Below are positions 15,987 to 25,454 of a stretch of 64,000 bases of DNA, one piece after another. The DNA lies in IMG/VR virus record IMGVR_UViG_3300025892_000008. One strand, written 5' to 3'. Source of the DNA: a virus (taxonomy: Duplodnaviria > Caudoviricetes). The notes beneath the pieces were generated by a model that saw nothing but the letters and a program-made list of their open reading frames with translations, was not told where the DNA came from and searched no databases. Each line of letters opens with the position of its first letter. The stretch's first letter is position 1. The position numbers were made by a program, and so were the translations under genes.

Positions 15987-16601
15987 ATGCAGATGATACA
16001 GATATTTGGCACATGGATTGGGGTAGCCCCTATAGTTAATTTGGACACAGGTGCTGCACTAGAGTACTTGCAGAGCATACCAGAAACTGACAAGCAGTCT
16101 GGCACTAATGGTGCAGTCACACAGTCGCAACGCTTGCTGGATGCACCGGTATTTGCACAGACTAAATCAGAACTTGAACTGCTTGCATTGGAGTATGTAC
16201 ACACTCAAGGACATACAGTCACAGGTGTACAGATAGGCAACAGTTGGGGTAACACACTGAGAAAGTCGGAACCAATACACACGCATACACATCCAAACAG
16301 TTATGTAAGTGGTGTGTTTTATCTTACAGATGGTGCTCCATTAAACTTTCACAATCCACTGCTTACAGAAGATCTATTCATGGTTAGGCCTACAGTACTA
16401 TGGCAAGAAAACAATCCGCACACTTGGCAGGTACTCAAAGTGCCCATCAAGCAAGGATACGTAATACTGTTTCCCAGTAGACTGAAACACCATGTAGACC
16501 CTAGCGACACAGACTATAGATACAGCATAGCATTTAACACCATGCCCATTGGAGCAATAGGTGACGATACCAAAGAACTTGACATAACCGGAATACAATA
16601 A
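15987..16601 (+). CDS. 2OG-Fe(II) oxygenase (TIGR02466-like)
   Basis: HTHPNSYVSGVFYL, FPSRLKHHV, RYSIAFN. Confidence 0.85.
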   Translation: MQMIQIFGTWIGVAPIVNLDTGAALEYLQSIPETDKQSGTNGAVTQSQRLLDAPVFAQTKSELELLALEYVHTQGHTVTGVQIGNSWGNTLRKSEPIHTHTHPNSYVSGVFYLTDGAPLNFHNPLLTEDLFMVRPTVLWQENNPHTWQVLKVPIKQGYVILFPSRLKHHVDPSDTDYRYSIAFNTMPIGAIGDDTKELDITGIQ

Positions 16602-16602
16602 C

Positions 16603-17463
16603 ATGAGTACACTACACACATTTGGTTGCAGTATAACACAAGGCTTTGCACTACCTGATGTAGTTGCACCTCCACTAACAAGTGAACAACAACAAGAACT
16701 AGACAGAGACAATCATTGGTCGGACGAAATGTTAAGCACACCCAGCAAGCATGCTTGGCCTCAAGTGCTTGGAGATGCTCTTGACATGACTGTGGTAAAT
16801 CATGCTCGACGTGGCAGTTGCTTTCAGCAGATTGCTAGACAGTGTGCAGTTGCACAACAACAAGTACAACCTGATGATACAGTGGTTGTTATGTGGACCT
16901 ATCTAGGCAGAGTCAGCATGCAGTGGCCTGCTAGAACATCAGTGCCATTACATCATTATGTAGATGCTAAAAAAAGTCTAAGCACAGTGCTGTGGCCCGG
17001 ATTCAACAAACTGTTTGGATTGAGTGCAAGTACTGCTAGTGCTAGAGGCAGCAATATTGTAAGTGCAGTTGATGACGAACTATACAAGTTTATACACGAT
17101 AGCACAAACACCACGTTTAATCCACTAGGAGTATACGACAGATATCATAACAGTCTATTGCTACAAATTATGACTGATGGCTTTTTGCGTTCACGTACTA
17201 AAAATGTTATACATCTAAGTGTTGAAACAGATCCATATATAGAGCAACTTGAACGTGCAGCACTAGACCTTGATCCTACACTGCAAGAGCCATGGGAAAT
17301 ACCCGATCCTAGAACATGGTATACGATACCTGTGGATCATACCAGTTGTGAAGCAATACTAGATCCTAGTATACCAACAGCAGAAAATGACATGCATCCA
17401 AGTGTAACACATCACAAAAACTTCGCAAACTGCGTATATAAAAAGTATTTTAACAACCGCTAA
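16603..17463 (+). CDS. SGNH/GDSL hydrolase-like protein
   Basis: TFGCSITQG block I, N.ARRGS block II, C-terminal D.HPS..HH. Confidence 0.7.
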   Translation: MSTLHTFGCSITQGFALPDVVAPPLTSEQQQELDRDNHWSDEMLSTPSKHAWPQVLGDALDMTVVNHARRGSCFQQIARQCAVAQQQVQPDDTVVVMWTYLGRVSMQWPARTSVPLHHYVDAKKSLSTVLWPGFNKLFGLSASTASARGSNIVSAVDDELYKFIHDSTNTTFNPLGVYDRYHNSLLLQIMTDGFLRSRTKNVIHLSVETDPYIEQLERAALDLDPTLQEPWEIPDPRTWYTIPVDHTSCEAILDPSIPTAENDMHPSVTHHKNFANCVYKKYFNNR

Positions 17464-17472
17464 ATACCCTGT

Positions 17473-17697
17473 ATGAATTGGGAGATTAGATTAGCAATAG
17501 CATTGATGTTAGTTCTGGTCCTTCTCAGTGTACAAGCCTGTGGTCAACGACCCATACTAGATAAAATAGAAGAAGCTCATCAGCAAGAACACGCTGTTGA
17601 AGATAGCACACTACAAACAAGTCCTCCAAACTTCCAAGGTATAGCAAACGCATTAGGCTGCGTATTTGCACCAAATACCTGTAATAATCCCCAATAA
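17473..17697 (+). CDS. secreted or lipoprotein-like hypothetical protein
   Basis: Hydrophobic N-terminus ending in QAC. Confidence 0.6.
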   Translation: MNWEIRLAIALMLVLVLLSVQACGQRPILDKIEEAHQQEHAVEDSTLQTSPPNFQGIANALGCVFAPNTCNNPQ

Positions 17698-17744
17698 GAG
17701 ATAACTACTCACATAACTAAAATCAACCTAACCCAAGGATAGTT

Positions 17745-17888
17745 ATGAAAATACACAAGCACTTTGTGGCACATGAAAGCACGCCTAAAAAATCTAGCAC
17801 TGCTGGTACTAAAGGAAGATGCAAAATGAGCAGTATGAACAAACACAAAAAGCGAAGTCACAAATTTTATAAAGGACAAGGAAGATAA
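17745..17888 (+). CDS. 47-aa basic protein (not in ORF track)
   Basis: ...KMSSMNKHKKRSHKFYKGQGR*; TAATG coupling to the next gene. Confidence 0.6.
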   Translation: MKIHKHFVAHESTPKKSSTAGTKGRCKMSSMNKHKKRSHKFYKGQGR

Positions 17889-18139
17889 TGGCAAAAATGA
17901 GAAAGTTCCATTTTTGGAACGAAGCAGGTGATGAAAAAGATACAGAGCAATTAAGTTTAACGAGAGCAGTCAAAGCAGTACAAAGCGACTTTAAAGATAT
18001 GTTTATAGGCGTTGAGTATATCAATAAAAAAGGTAAAGAAATTGTAGATAGAATAAAATTACCTTGGGGTAGAAAAATAAGACAAGCAATCGAAACTGAA
18101 AAGAAAAGAGCTGCGTTAAAGGCCAAATTACAAAGATAG
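17888..18139 (+). CDS. hypothetical basic protein
   Basis: GGA RBS; coupled ORF. Confidence 0.7.
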   Translation: MAKMRKFHFWNEAGDEKDTEQLSLTRAVKAVQSDFKDMFIGVEYINKKGKEIVDRIKLPWGRKIRQAIETEKKRAALKAKLQR

Positions 18140-18158
18140 TATTTAAATAAATATATAC

Positions 18159-18380
18159 ATGATAAGAAAAATCAATGTATTTTTTAGCCTTGCTCCAGCA
18201 CCAGCATTCCTATTAGGGTTTATATACAGTGTGATGAGTCAAGGACACTTGCATCATGCAAATTGGGAAATGCCTGCTATGTGGCTGATAATGTGCTTTG
18301 CACACATTTCACCGTGGCTGATGTGGTATCAACAAAAGAAGTATCAAAAAGTAAAAGTCTTTCCAGACAAGCAACAGTGA
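18159..18380 (+). CDS. small membrane protein, leaderless start
   Basis: TAAATA-N5-ATG; two hydrophobic segments. Confidence 0.65.
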   Translation: MIRKINVFFSLAPAPAFLLGFIYSVMSQGHLHHANWEMPAMWLIMCFAHISPWLMWYQQKKYQKVKVFPDKQQ

Positions 18381-18589
18381 TAGTGTCCATCTAGTACTGC
18401 TATCATTTCCCAGTAGTAGGTGCTCAAAATATCTTCACGCCCTACACACCAAAGTATGTCATCGGCACAAACATTTCCAGCAGCACCTTTTATAAACACA
18501 CGCCAAAGTGGACGTGGAGGAGAAACTGAATCGTCCTCGCTACATACTTCTTGGCGCCATTCAAAATCGCCTATTGTTTCCCAATCCAT
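18344..18589 (-). CDS. hypothetical protein
   Basis: TAAATA 4 nt upstream of the ATG on the minus strand. Confidence 0.5.
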   Translation of the reverse strand: MDWETIGDFEWRQEVCSEDDSVSPPRPLWRVFIKGAAGNVCADDILWCVGREDILSTYYWEMIAVLDGHYHCCLSGKTFTF

Positions 18590-18746
18590 ACTGTATTTAA
18601 CTGTTTTGATATTCTATAAGCCTAACGTAAAACGTCTGTTTTAGTGCTTGTAGTGTTTGTGGTGCAGTGTATAGTAAACACCGCTGTATGACGCTTAAAA
18701 TGCGTCTTAGACGGTGTTTAGCATAGGTTATATAGTGCTATTAACT

Positions 18747-19049
18747 TTACTTTTTAAGTTTTTTAATTAGTAAAGGTAAGTAGACAAATACTGCAACTAT
18801 TCCCCAAAAGATTGCTAACACAGTTGCGTAAAACTTCCAGTTAGTATAGTCTACTGCTATACCTATTGTTACACCACCTATCCATACGTAGTCTAGTGTA
18901 GCATGAAACTTCTTCCACGCTGCGCCGTGTTTAGCAATCAGTGCATCACGTTTGTTTGCAAACCAAGGATGTACATGACGCATTATAACGAACCCTTCGT
19001 TTAACGTCATTACAGTAAATCCTATAAAAAATATAATTGATCCGATCAT
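18747..19049 (-). CDS. membrane protein, leaderless start
   Basis: TAAATA-N5-ATG at 19049; three hydrophobic segments. Confidence 0.7.
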   Translation of the reverse strand: MIGSIIFFIGFTVMTLNEGFVIMRHVHPWFANKRDALIAKHGAAWKKFHATLDYVWIGGVTIGIAVDYTNWKFYATVLAIFWGIVAVFVYLPLLIKKLKK

Positions 19050-19057
19050 ATGCTTAT

Positions 19058-19321
19058 TTATTGAGCAGTAGTATAGAGTCTTACTAATCTCCATGCCTTT
19101 ATCCAAAAATCAGAAATTTGTTTTTTATTTTGTGCAATTTGTTCTTTACCCTTTTGCCAATTTTCTTTTTGGTACTCAACTATTTCGTTCTTTTCTTCTA
19201 CGATAAATTGATTTACTTTGTTGTTGATTGTTTTTGTTTCATTTGCACTAGTTGAAGTTACTAATATTACAAATGCAATTGTTATTGTTGCTACTATTGT
19301 CCACATTGTTTTTGATGTCAT
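19058..19321 (-). CDS. membrane-anchored hypothetical protein
   Basis: AAAGGA RBS; N-terminal transmembrane helix. Confidence 0.65.
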   Translation of the reverse strand: MTSKTMWTIVATITIAFVILVTSTSANETKTINNKVNQFIVEEKNEIVEYQKENWQKGKEQIAQNKKQISDFWIKAWRLVRLYTTAQ

Positions 19322-19341
19322 ACATTCCTTTTGTTAGTTTT

Positions 19342-19418
19342 TGGCCTGCTCGGGTGGATTCGAACCACCGGCCTCTAGTTCCGCAAACTAGTGCTCTATC
19401 CGGCTGAGCTACGAGCAG
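19342..19418 (-). tRNA. tRNA-Arg(GCG)
   Basis: CTGCTCG/CGAGCAG acceptor, D-loop with A20, CTAGT-TTGCGGA-ACTAG anticodon arm, TTCGAAT T-loop, CCA. Confidence 0.93.
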
Positions 19419-19455
19419 ATAGTTATACTATATAATATAAGTTATTGAAAGTCAA

Positions 19456-19662
19456 CTAAAAAGTACAGGCGACTTCACCTTTTGGCGATACTTGTACAGG
19501 TAAGTTTTTGGATAAAGATTCATCGTCTTTATTTTCGGAAGGCGTTTTGGATTCTATTTTTACGCCAGGATTAAAGTCACAGTTCTTAATTCCATTAGAA
19601 CAACTAACGACAAGGCTTAACAATAATATTGCTACTACCTTAAAGGGTATGTATTCTTTCAT
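19456..19662 (-). CDS. putative lipoprotein
   Basis: LVVSC lipobox-like motif. Confidence 0.6.
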   Translation of the reverse strand: MKEYIPFKVVAILLLSLVVSCSNGIKNCDFNPGVKIESKTPSENKDDESLSKNLPVQVSPKGEVACTF

Positions 19663-20101
19663 CTAGTTTGTATGCGTAATTTATTGTGTCGGAGTTTTCT
19701 CTAAAATACCATGCACCGTTTCTAATATGAAACTTTTCAGCCATTTCTGTTTTGGGACTAAGTGTTACAATATTTTTAATTGTAGGATGTTCTTTTAGAA
19801 TATGTTTTGATGCATTGATAATTAATTCACGTCCAGAGCCTTTTGTGTAACTCCAAATTGTATAGAATACAACCGTATCCATAAAAGGACTTGATAGACT
19901 GTACATTTCTTCTACACTTCCAGGTATGCCTTCAGTATATGATACACAGGTTATAGCACCTAGTTCTGTATCATTCCATAATGCGTAAATTTCAGCGTCT
20001 TCATTGATTCGATGATCGATAGGTATCTCAGCCCTTACCGGATCGTCTTTTATAATCTCTTGTATCCAAGGATCTATAACATTAATCTTTTGCAATCTCA
20101 T
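19640..20101 (-). CDS. GNAT-fold-like hypothetical protein
   Basis: DDPVR.., FYTIWSYTKGSGRELI, TLSPKTEMA.KFH.RNGA. Confidence 0.5.
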   Translation of the reverse strand: MRLQKINVIDPWIQEIIKDDPVRAEIPIDHRINEDAEIYALWNDTELGAITCVSYTEGIPGSVEEMYSLSSPFMDTVVFYTIWSYTKGSGRELIINASKHILKEHPTIKNIVTLSPKTEMAEKFHIRNGAWYFRENSDTINYAYKLDERIHTL

Positions 20102-20152
20102 GCGTTCGAATATTCCTTCTATTATATTATATTTAATAGTTTTTTGGAAAAA

Positions 20153-20866
20153 TTATTGTAAGATTGGTGCAGTTTCTAGGCTTAATTCTTGGTCTTCAAG
20201 ATCTCTAATTTCTTGTGTAAGTTTGTCTATCATTCCTAAATTTCTAAGAATTTTAAACACAAGATTCTCAACAGACCATTCACCTGCTTTTGCAAGCCCT
20301 GCTTTACGCATCTGTGTAATCTTTGTTTTAACTTGTCTAAGTTTAGTAATATCTTTACTTAGAAGTGCAGTTTCTATATCATGATGAATACTGTTCTTCT
20401 TAGCCTTTACTGCCGCGTCATCAACTTCTGGTTTTACTTTTTTAGGTTTTTCTAACCACTGATCAGTAACTATACTATAAACACCTGTTGAATGGTGTTC
20501 TTCTTTTGATCCTTGTACATAACATTCTACAGGTAAACCTTTGATAGTGATGTTGTGTTCTTCTGCCCATAATGCTTTTTTAGCATTGAACAATTCACGT
20601 TCTTTTTCATCAGGCAGTCCTTTTACAATAATATGTAAATCTAAATCACTGTATTCAGTCCACATATAGTTTGCATTTGATCCTGTAATTGTATAGTTGA
20701 TTACTTCTATGTCAATACCAATAAACTCTTCAAATACTTTTGCAATTTTAATTAATTGCTCTTTTATCTCAGGTTTAAGAGTGTCATTTTTCCATAGTTT
20801 AGGATTCAGTCTTCTATTGACTGTAACGAAATCTGCTTGCTCGAATAGTAGGTCCTGTATGCGCAT
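20153..20866 (-). CDS. Pol-beta superfamily nucleotidyltransferase
   Basis: ITGSNANY.WTEYSDLDLH (GS..DxD) plus VECYVQ third acidic residue. Confidence 0.75.
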   Translation of the reverse strand: MRIQDLLFEQADFVTVNRRLNPKLWKNDTLKPEIKEQLIKIAKVFEEFIGIDIEVINYTITGSNANYMWTEYSDLDLHIIVKGLPDEKERELFNAKKALWAEEHNITIKGLPVECYVQGSKEEHHSTGVYSIVTDQWLEKPKKVKPEVDDAAVKAKKNSIHHDIETALLSKDITKLRQVKTKITQMRKAGLAKAGEWSVENLVFKILRNLGMIDKLTQEIRDLEDQELSLETAPILQ

Positions 20867-20870
20867 ACTA

Positions 20871-21122
20871 CTATTTAGCCCACATTAAGTAATATCTATT
20901 TGCTGTCTCTTTGTTGAAAAATTCTACTATTAATCTTTTGCCGCCACGGAAAAATTCTAAACTTAATTGACATTTATCATGGGGTTGTCTGTTTAGCCAG
21001 TTTATATGATCTACACCACATTCTTTGTGTACAGCCGGCCAATCTATATCAAAGTATTCGTCTGGATGATTATTTCCGGTCCATTGGTACAATGTAACTT
21101 TAGTGTTCCTCATCATCATCAC
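20871..21122 (-). CDS. hypothetical protein
   Basis: ORF coupled to the helicase stop. Confidence 0.6.
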   Translation of the reverse strand: MMMMRNTKVTLYQWTGNNHPDEYFDIDWPAVHKECGVDHINWLNRQPHDKCQLSLEFFRGGKRLIVEFFNKETANRYYLMWAK

Positions 21123-22542
21123 CCATATTATTCAAAATCTCACGCAATTTTGTTGACTCTACTTTGCCTCTGATTTTACCTACTGATACTCCTTGTGTTG
21201 GATCATCATTTGTAGGATCTTGGGTGTTTTGTACTTCTGTTTTTCTTTTAATGCTATCTATTATACTACTGCTGCCTCTATTGTTACCGTTCGTTGCTTC
21301 TTGTTCATCCTCATCAAGATCAGTAATCCTTAGTGTCTCAATGTTAAATTCTAAATCTACTTTTTGTCCCACACCACTACTAGAACGTGTTTTCATAAGT
21401 TGTAATTGATAACGTCCACGTTCACGCATTGCTCTACTTGTAAAGATACCTATTACATTATCTGCTGTTTGAATCTTACTAAGTCCGCCACTTATGTGCG
21501 AGTGATCAAACTCTACTTCTTCTACTGCACCTCTATTCAACTGTGCCGCAGTTACAAACACACACTGTAATTCCATTGCTAGGTTACGAAGTTCTTCTGA
21601 TACATACTTGTCTTTAACAAACAAGTTCTCTGCACTAATTTTTTTACCTACAGGCATCAACAAGTCTAAGTAGTCTACTAATAATACATCTACTTTCTTG
21701 CCTACTTTAATTTCATACTCTTTTAAATACGCTCTAATATCGTTTGTAGTTTTACCACTAGGCATATACTTAACTTGTAATGCACCCGACTTCTTACCAA
21801 TCATCTTAACTTTCATTTCAACATCGTCAATGTTCTTGAAAATGTCTCTTGTAGTAATACCTGTTACCATACTATCCACACGCATACTTACAAGTTGCTC
21901 ACTAAGTTCAAGTGTTAAGTAAACAACATTCAATCCTTGTAGTGCCCAGTTAACACCTAAGTTTGCTAAGAATAAACTTTTACCTGCACCCGATCCACCT
22001 GCAAAAATATTCAGTTCGCCTCTGTTAAAACCACCAAACAGTTTTCTGTCCATGGTATCCCAACCAGTACTAACCTGTCCGTTCTTATCTTTAAGTCCCA
22101 TAAGTCTTGCTCTTGGATCTAAAAAGTAATCTGTACCCATGTCACGTGCCAGTCCAATTTGAACTGCATCTTTAACCATGGCTTCTACTGATCCATAGTC
22201 ATTCTTTTCTAATAAATCTGCTGAATTAATAATTGCACGTTCTAGTGCTTTGTGCCTTGTAAAACTTTCAAAGTCATCCATTAACCATTCTAGATGTCCT
22301 TCTTTAAGTTCTCTTGGTGCTTTCAAATCAGTTCTGCAACTTGCATTAACTGTTTCAAAGTCAGGCATTACACTATACTGCTTTGTGTATTCATTTACAA
22401 ACTCTGCAGCATCTTGCAATTTTCTGTCAAATAGTGTATGATCAAAGATACCTTGACAACGCACAAATGTTTCTGCGTCAGCCAGCATCATTTCCAAATA
22501 AACTTTTTGGACTTCGTAATCGTAATTTTTAGTATCAGCCAT
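21100..22542 (-). CDS. replicative DnaB-like helicase (T4 gp41-like)
   Basis: GGSGAGKS, LLVDYLDL, TAAQLNR, QLMKTR motifs. Confidence 0.92.
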   Translation of the reverse strand: MADTKNYDYEVQKVYLEMMLADAETFVRCQGIFDHTLFDRKLQDAAEFVNEYTKQYSVMPDFETVNASCRTDLKAPRELKEGHLEWLMDDFESFTRHKALERAIINSADLLEKNDYGSVEAMVKDAVQIGLARDMGTDYFLDPRARLMGLKDKNGQVSTGWDTMDRKLFGGFNRGELNIFAGGSGAGKSLFLANLGVNWALQGLNVVYLTLELSEQLVSMRVDSMVTGITTRDIFKNIDDVEMKVKMIGKKSGALQVKYMPSGKTTNDIRAYLKEYEIKVGKKVDVLLVDYLDLLMPVGKKISAENLFVKDKYVSEELRNLAMELQCVFVTAAQLNRGAVEEVEFDHSHISGGLSKIQTADNVIGIFTSRAMRERGRYQLQLMKTRSSSGVGQKVDLEFNIETLRITDLDEDEQEATNGNNRGSSSIIDSIKRKTEVQNTQDPTNDDPTQGVSVGKIRGKVESTKLREILNNMGDDDEEH

Positions 22543-22575
22543 TAATTTTCTTTACCTTCATACATAATTATTCTA

Positions 22576-24048
22576 TTAGTATACACTCACACCGTACTTA
22601 TGAGCAAACTTTTTTGCATCCTTTTCGTTATTAACCATCGGCTTTCCTTTGATATTTAGACTAGTGTTAAGTAACATTGGGCATCCAGTCTTGCCATACC
22701 ATCTTTCCAAAAGTTCTCGTAAACCTGTATTATCATCTTTACCAACAGTTTGCACTCTACTTGTTCCGTCTACATGTACAATTGCAGGAAAGTCTTTTGC
22801 TTTTCTACATTTAGATGTAAATTGCATGTATGGTCCTACATCACCATAAAAATATTGTTCAGCATGTTCTGCCAAAATTACCGGAGCAAATGGTCTATAT
22901 TTTTGTCTTTTCTTTATTGAGTTTACTTTGTCCTTCATGTCCTGCCCTCTCGGATCTGCAAGTAAACTTCTATTGCCTAATGCTCTAGGCCCAAACTCTG
23001 CTTTTCCATTTGCAACACCTACCATACCTGTACTTTTAAGTTTTTTAAATAGATTATCTACAGGATATTCACCTTTTATGTCGTATCCTAAATAAGGACT
23101 TTGCCATTTAATATGTTTGCCTTTGTGTGCTAATACAGCACCAACACTACTACCTGCATCGCCTGGATTAGGCATTATCCATACATTTTTATAATATGCA
23201 GATGCTTTGCTATTTGCCTTACAGTTTAATGCACACCCGCCCATTACAACTAAATTTTTACTTTTATATTTGTTAAAGCAATGTTCAACTATCCCTATGA
23301 ATATATCTTCGTATATGCTTTGCGTTGCTGCTGCAATATTAAGTTTGTCAGTCCATTTATTGTATCCTTCTCTATACCATTTACATCCTCTATGTAAATT
23401 GTGTTTAAATTTTACATCAGGAAAGGTCCAGTGATCGTGCGGCCCAAGTTCAAAGAATGTTTCTCGCATATGATGATAGTGTTCTCTTTGATCTCCGTAT
23501 GCAGCCATTCCCATTAGAATATATTCATCTTCATTAGGCTTTAATCCTACTCGCTGTGTCATTGCACTATACCACAATCCTACACTGTGTGGATATTCTT
23601 GTGAGTATACTTTCTTAAGTTTGTCTCCGTTACCTTCCCAGATAGTATAAGTTTCCCATTCACCTATACTGTCAAGAACTATAACAGTTGCATCTTTAAA
23701 TCCGCTAGTGTAATATCCTGCGGCTGCATGACTTTCATGGTGGTTACTGTAACCTAAGGGTGCATTAATGTTAAATTGTTTTAGATAACTTTTAACATTG
23801 TTTTCGTTCCAGTTCCAGCCTTGCCCAGCATACAGTTGTCTTACAGTTTTCTTAAATGGCTTCTCATACCATATCACTTCGTTAGGTTCTCCCCACTGTC
23901 TTGCATAATCAAGCAATGGTTTATTAAGGTGCGGATCATTTTTTAACCCGCTAAATCTTTCTGTATGGCTAGCAAATACTAATTCGTTATTATCAAATAC
24001 TGCTAATGAACCATCGTGACTATTGGCACTTATGCCCCAACTTATCAT
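22576..24048 (-). CDS. carbamoyltransferase (NodU/CmcH/TobZ family)
   Basis: HDGS, HHESHAA, DSIGE, EYILMGMAAYG, GGCALN, EFGPRALGNRS, LNTSLN. Confidence 0.92.
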   Translation of the reverse strand: MISWGISANSHDGSLAVFDNNELVFASHTERFSGLKNDPHLNKPLLDYARQWGEPNEVIWYEKPFKKTVRQLYAGQGWNWNENNVKSYLKQFNINAPLGYSNHHESHAAAGYYTSGFKDATVIVLDSIGEWETYTIWEGNGDKLKKVYSQEYPHSVGLWYSAMTQRVGLKPNEDEYILMGMAAYGDQREHYHHMRETFFELGPHDHWTFPDVKFKHNLHRGCKWYREGYNKWTDKLNIAAATQSIYEDIFIGIVEHCFNKYKSKNLVVMGGCALNCKANSKASAYYKNVWIMPNPGDAGSSVGAVLAHKGKHIKWQSPYLGYDIKGEYPVDNLFKKLKSTGMVGVANGKAEFGPRALGNRSLLADPRGQDMKDKVNSIKKRQKYRPFAPVILAEHAEQYFYGDVGPYMQFTSKCRKAKDFPAIVHVDGTSRVQTVGKDDNTGLRELLERWYGKTGCPMLLNTSLNIKGKPMVNNEKDAKKFAHKYGVSVY

Positions 24049-24299
24049 GTGTTATATTTTTTCCATAGTTTATGTAAAATGTAAAACCAAACGCCGTTGA
24101 TACTTGGCTCAACCAAAGCAACTAATCCTGCTTCGAAAAGACTTGCGCCTGTCATCCAATACACAACATTCATTGCTATTATAACATGTCCTGCTGTATA
24201 TATTAGTGCTAAGGTTATACTATTTCCTTTTAGTAAATTCTTGAATACTTCAAATATTCCTACTTGAAACTCATTCTTCATTCGATGTATCCTTTCCAT
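24045..24299 (-). CDS. small membrane protein (DUF2061-like)
   Basis: ALIYTAGH..ALVEP.INGVWFYILHKLW. Confidence 0.6.
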   Translation of the reverse strand: MERIHRMKNEFQVGIFEVFKNLLKGNSITLALIYTAGHVIIAMNVVYWMTGASLFEAGLVALVEPSINGVWFYILHKLWKKYNT

Positions 24300-24410
24300 T
24301 CTTGTTATTTGTAGATAAACGGATCTTTCCTTTTCATTTCCTTTATCTTTTTTCTCATCTTAAATTTAAAATATATATCTGTAAAGTATTTTTTTACTTT
24401 ATTCCATATA

Positions 24411-25442
24411 TTACATAGTTGCTTTTTCATTTATTTTCTCCAACTTATTCTTAAACTTCTGCTTTGCCATGTTAAGTTTTATTGATCCTGCTTGTGCAGT
24501 TTTAATAGCATCCATCATAACAAATAGTTTACCATACTTTATTACAGCGTCTGCTATATCTTTAACATCATCTTCCCAATTAGGAAAAGCAACACTCCAA
24601 CCATATTCAATTGACTTATTAATTAAGTTTATTCCTGCTTCATCTTGATCTGGAATAACAATTACTTCATGTCCTAGTCCTTGGATAATTCTATATTGTT
24701 GCTCGCTTACATTGTTTGTAAGTAATGCTACACCATCGACAGATAATGCATCGAAAGGACCTTCTGTAACAAATATATATTTCTGATCTTCTTCTTGTGC
24801 ATCAATGTTATATACAAAACTATTGTGATGATCACTTAGATATTTAGGCCTTCCGCTTCTTACCTTTCTTGCTGTGTTACCAACTGTTTTACCTTTGTAA
24901 TAGAAAGGAACTATTACTCTGTCTTGGTATCCTTCTTGAGGGCTCCAATAAAAGTCTTTACTTGTTGGATCAAATCCTCTGTCATAGATATATGCAACAA
25001 CTTTTGCAAACATTTCTTCAAGTTTTTTATTGCCAGCAAAGTCGGAGTCGAGCCATTCAGCAATTGGCAAACTGTTATCAGGAAGTTTCTTTTCTGCAAA
25101 TGATATCCTGACTTGTGATTCTCTTGGCGTGTATTCAGGAGATTCTGTTTTCAATGCTTCGAATATCATAACATTGATAGTATCTTCTGATGCGCCTAGC
25201 CATCTACATAAAGATTTAAACTTTTCAGATAACGGTCTGCCAGGTTGCCAACTAGCAGTATACTTACAATTGAAACAGTTAAAAACTACACCTGAATCAA
25301 ATCTAAGTCCACCACGCTTACGCTTGTCAGTACTATGTCCGCGATGATGGCAACACGGAGCATTAAAACTAGTCCAACCGCTTGGATTACTTTTTGCCCG
25401 AGGCGGAATAAGTGTCTGAAATGTATCTAGAACCAAAGTCAT
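24411..25442 (-). CDS. DNA primase (Zn-finger plus TOPRIM)
   Basis: CCHH..CFNC zinc finger, EGPFDALS, PDQDEAG. Confidence 0.9.
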   Translation of the reverse strand: MTLVLDTFQTLIPPRAKSNPSGWTSFNAPCCHHRGHSTDKRKRGGLRFDSGVVFNCFNCKYTASWQPGRPLSEKFKSLCRWLGASEDTINVMIFEALKTESPEYTPRESQVRISFAEKKLPDNSLPIAEWLDSDFAGNKKLEEMFAKVVAYIYDRGFDPTSKDFYWSPQEGYQDRVIVPFYYKGKTVGNTARKVRSGRPKYLSDHHNSFVYNIDAQEEDQKYIFVTEGPFDALSVDGVALLTNNVSEQQYRIIQGLGHEVIVIPDQDEAGINLINKSIEYGWSVAFPNWEDDVKDIADAVIKYGKLFVMMDAIKTAQAGSIKLNMAKQKFKNKLEKINEKATM

Positions 25443-25454
25443 ACATGTATTATA

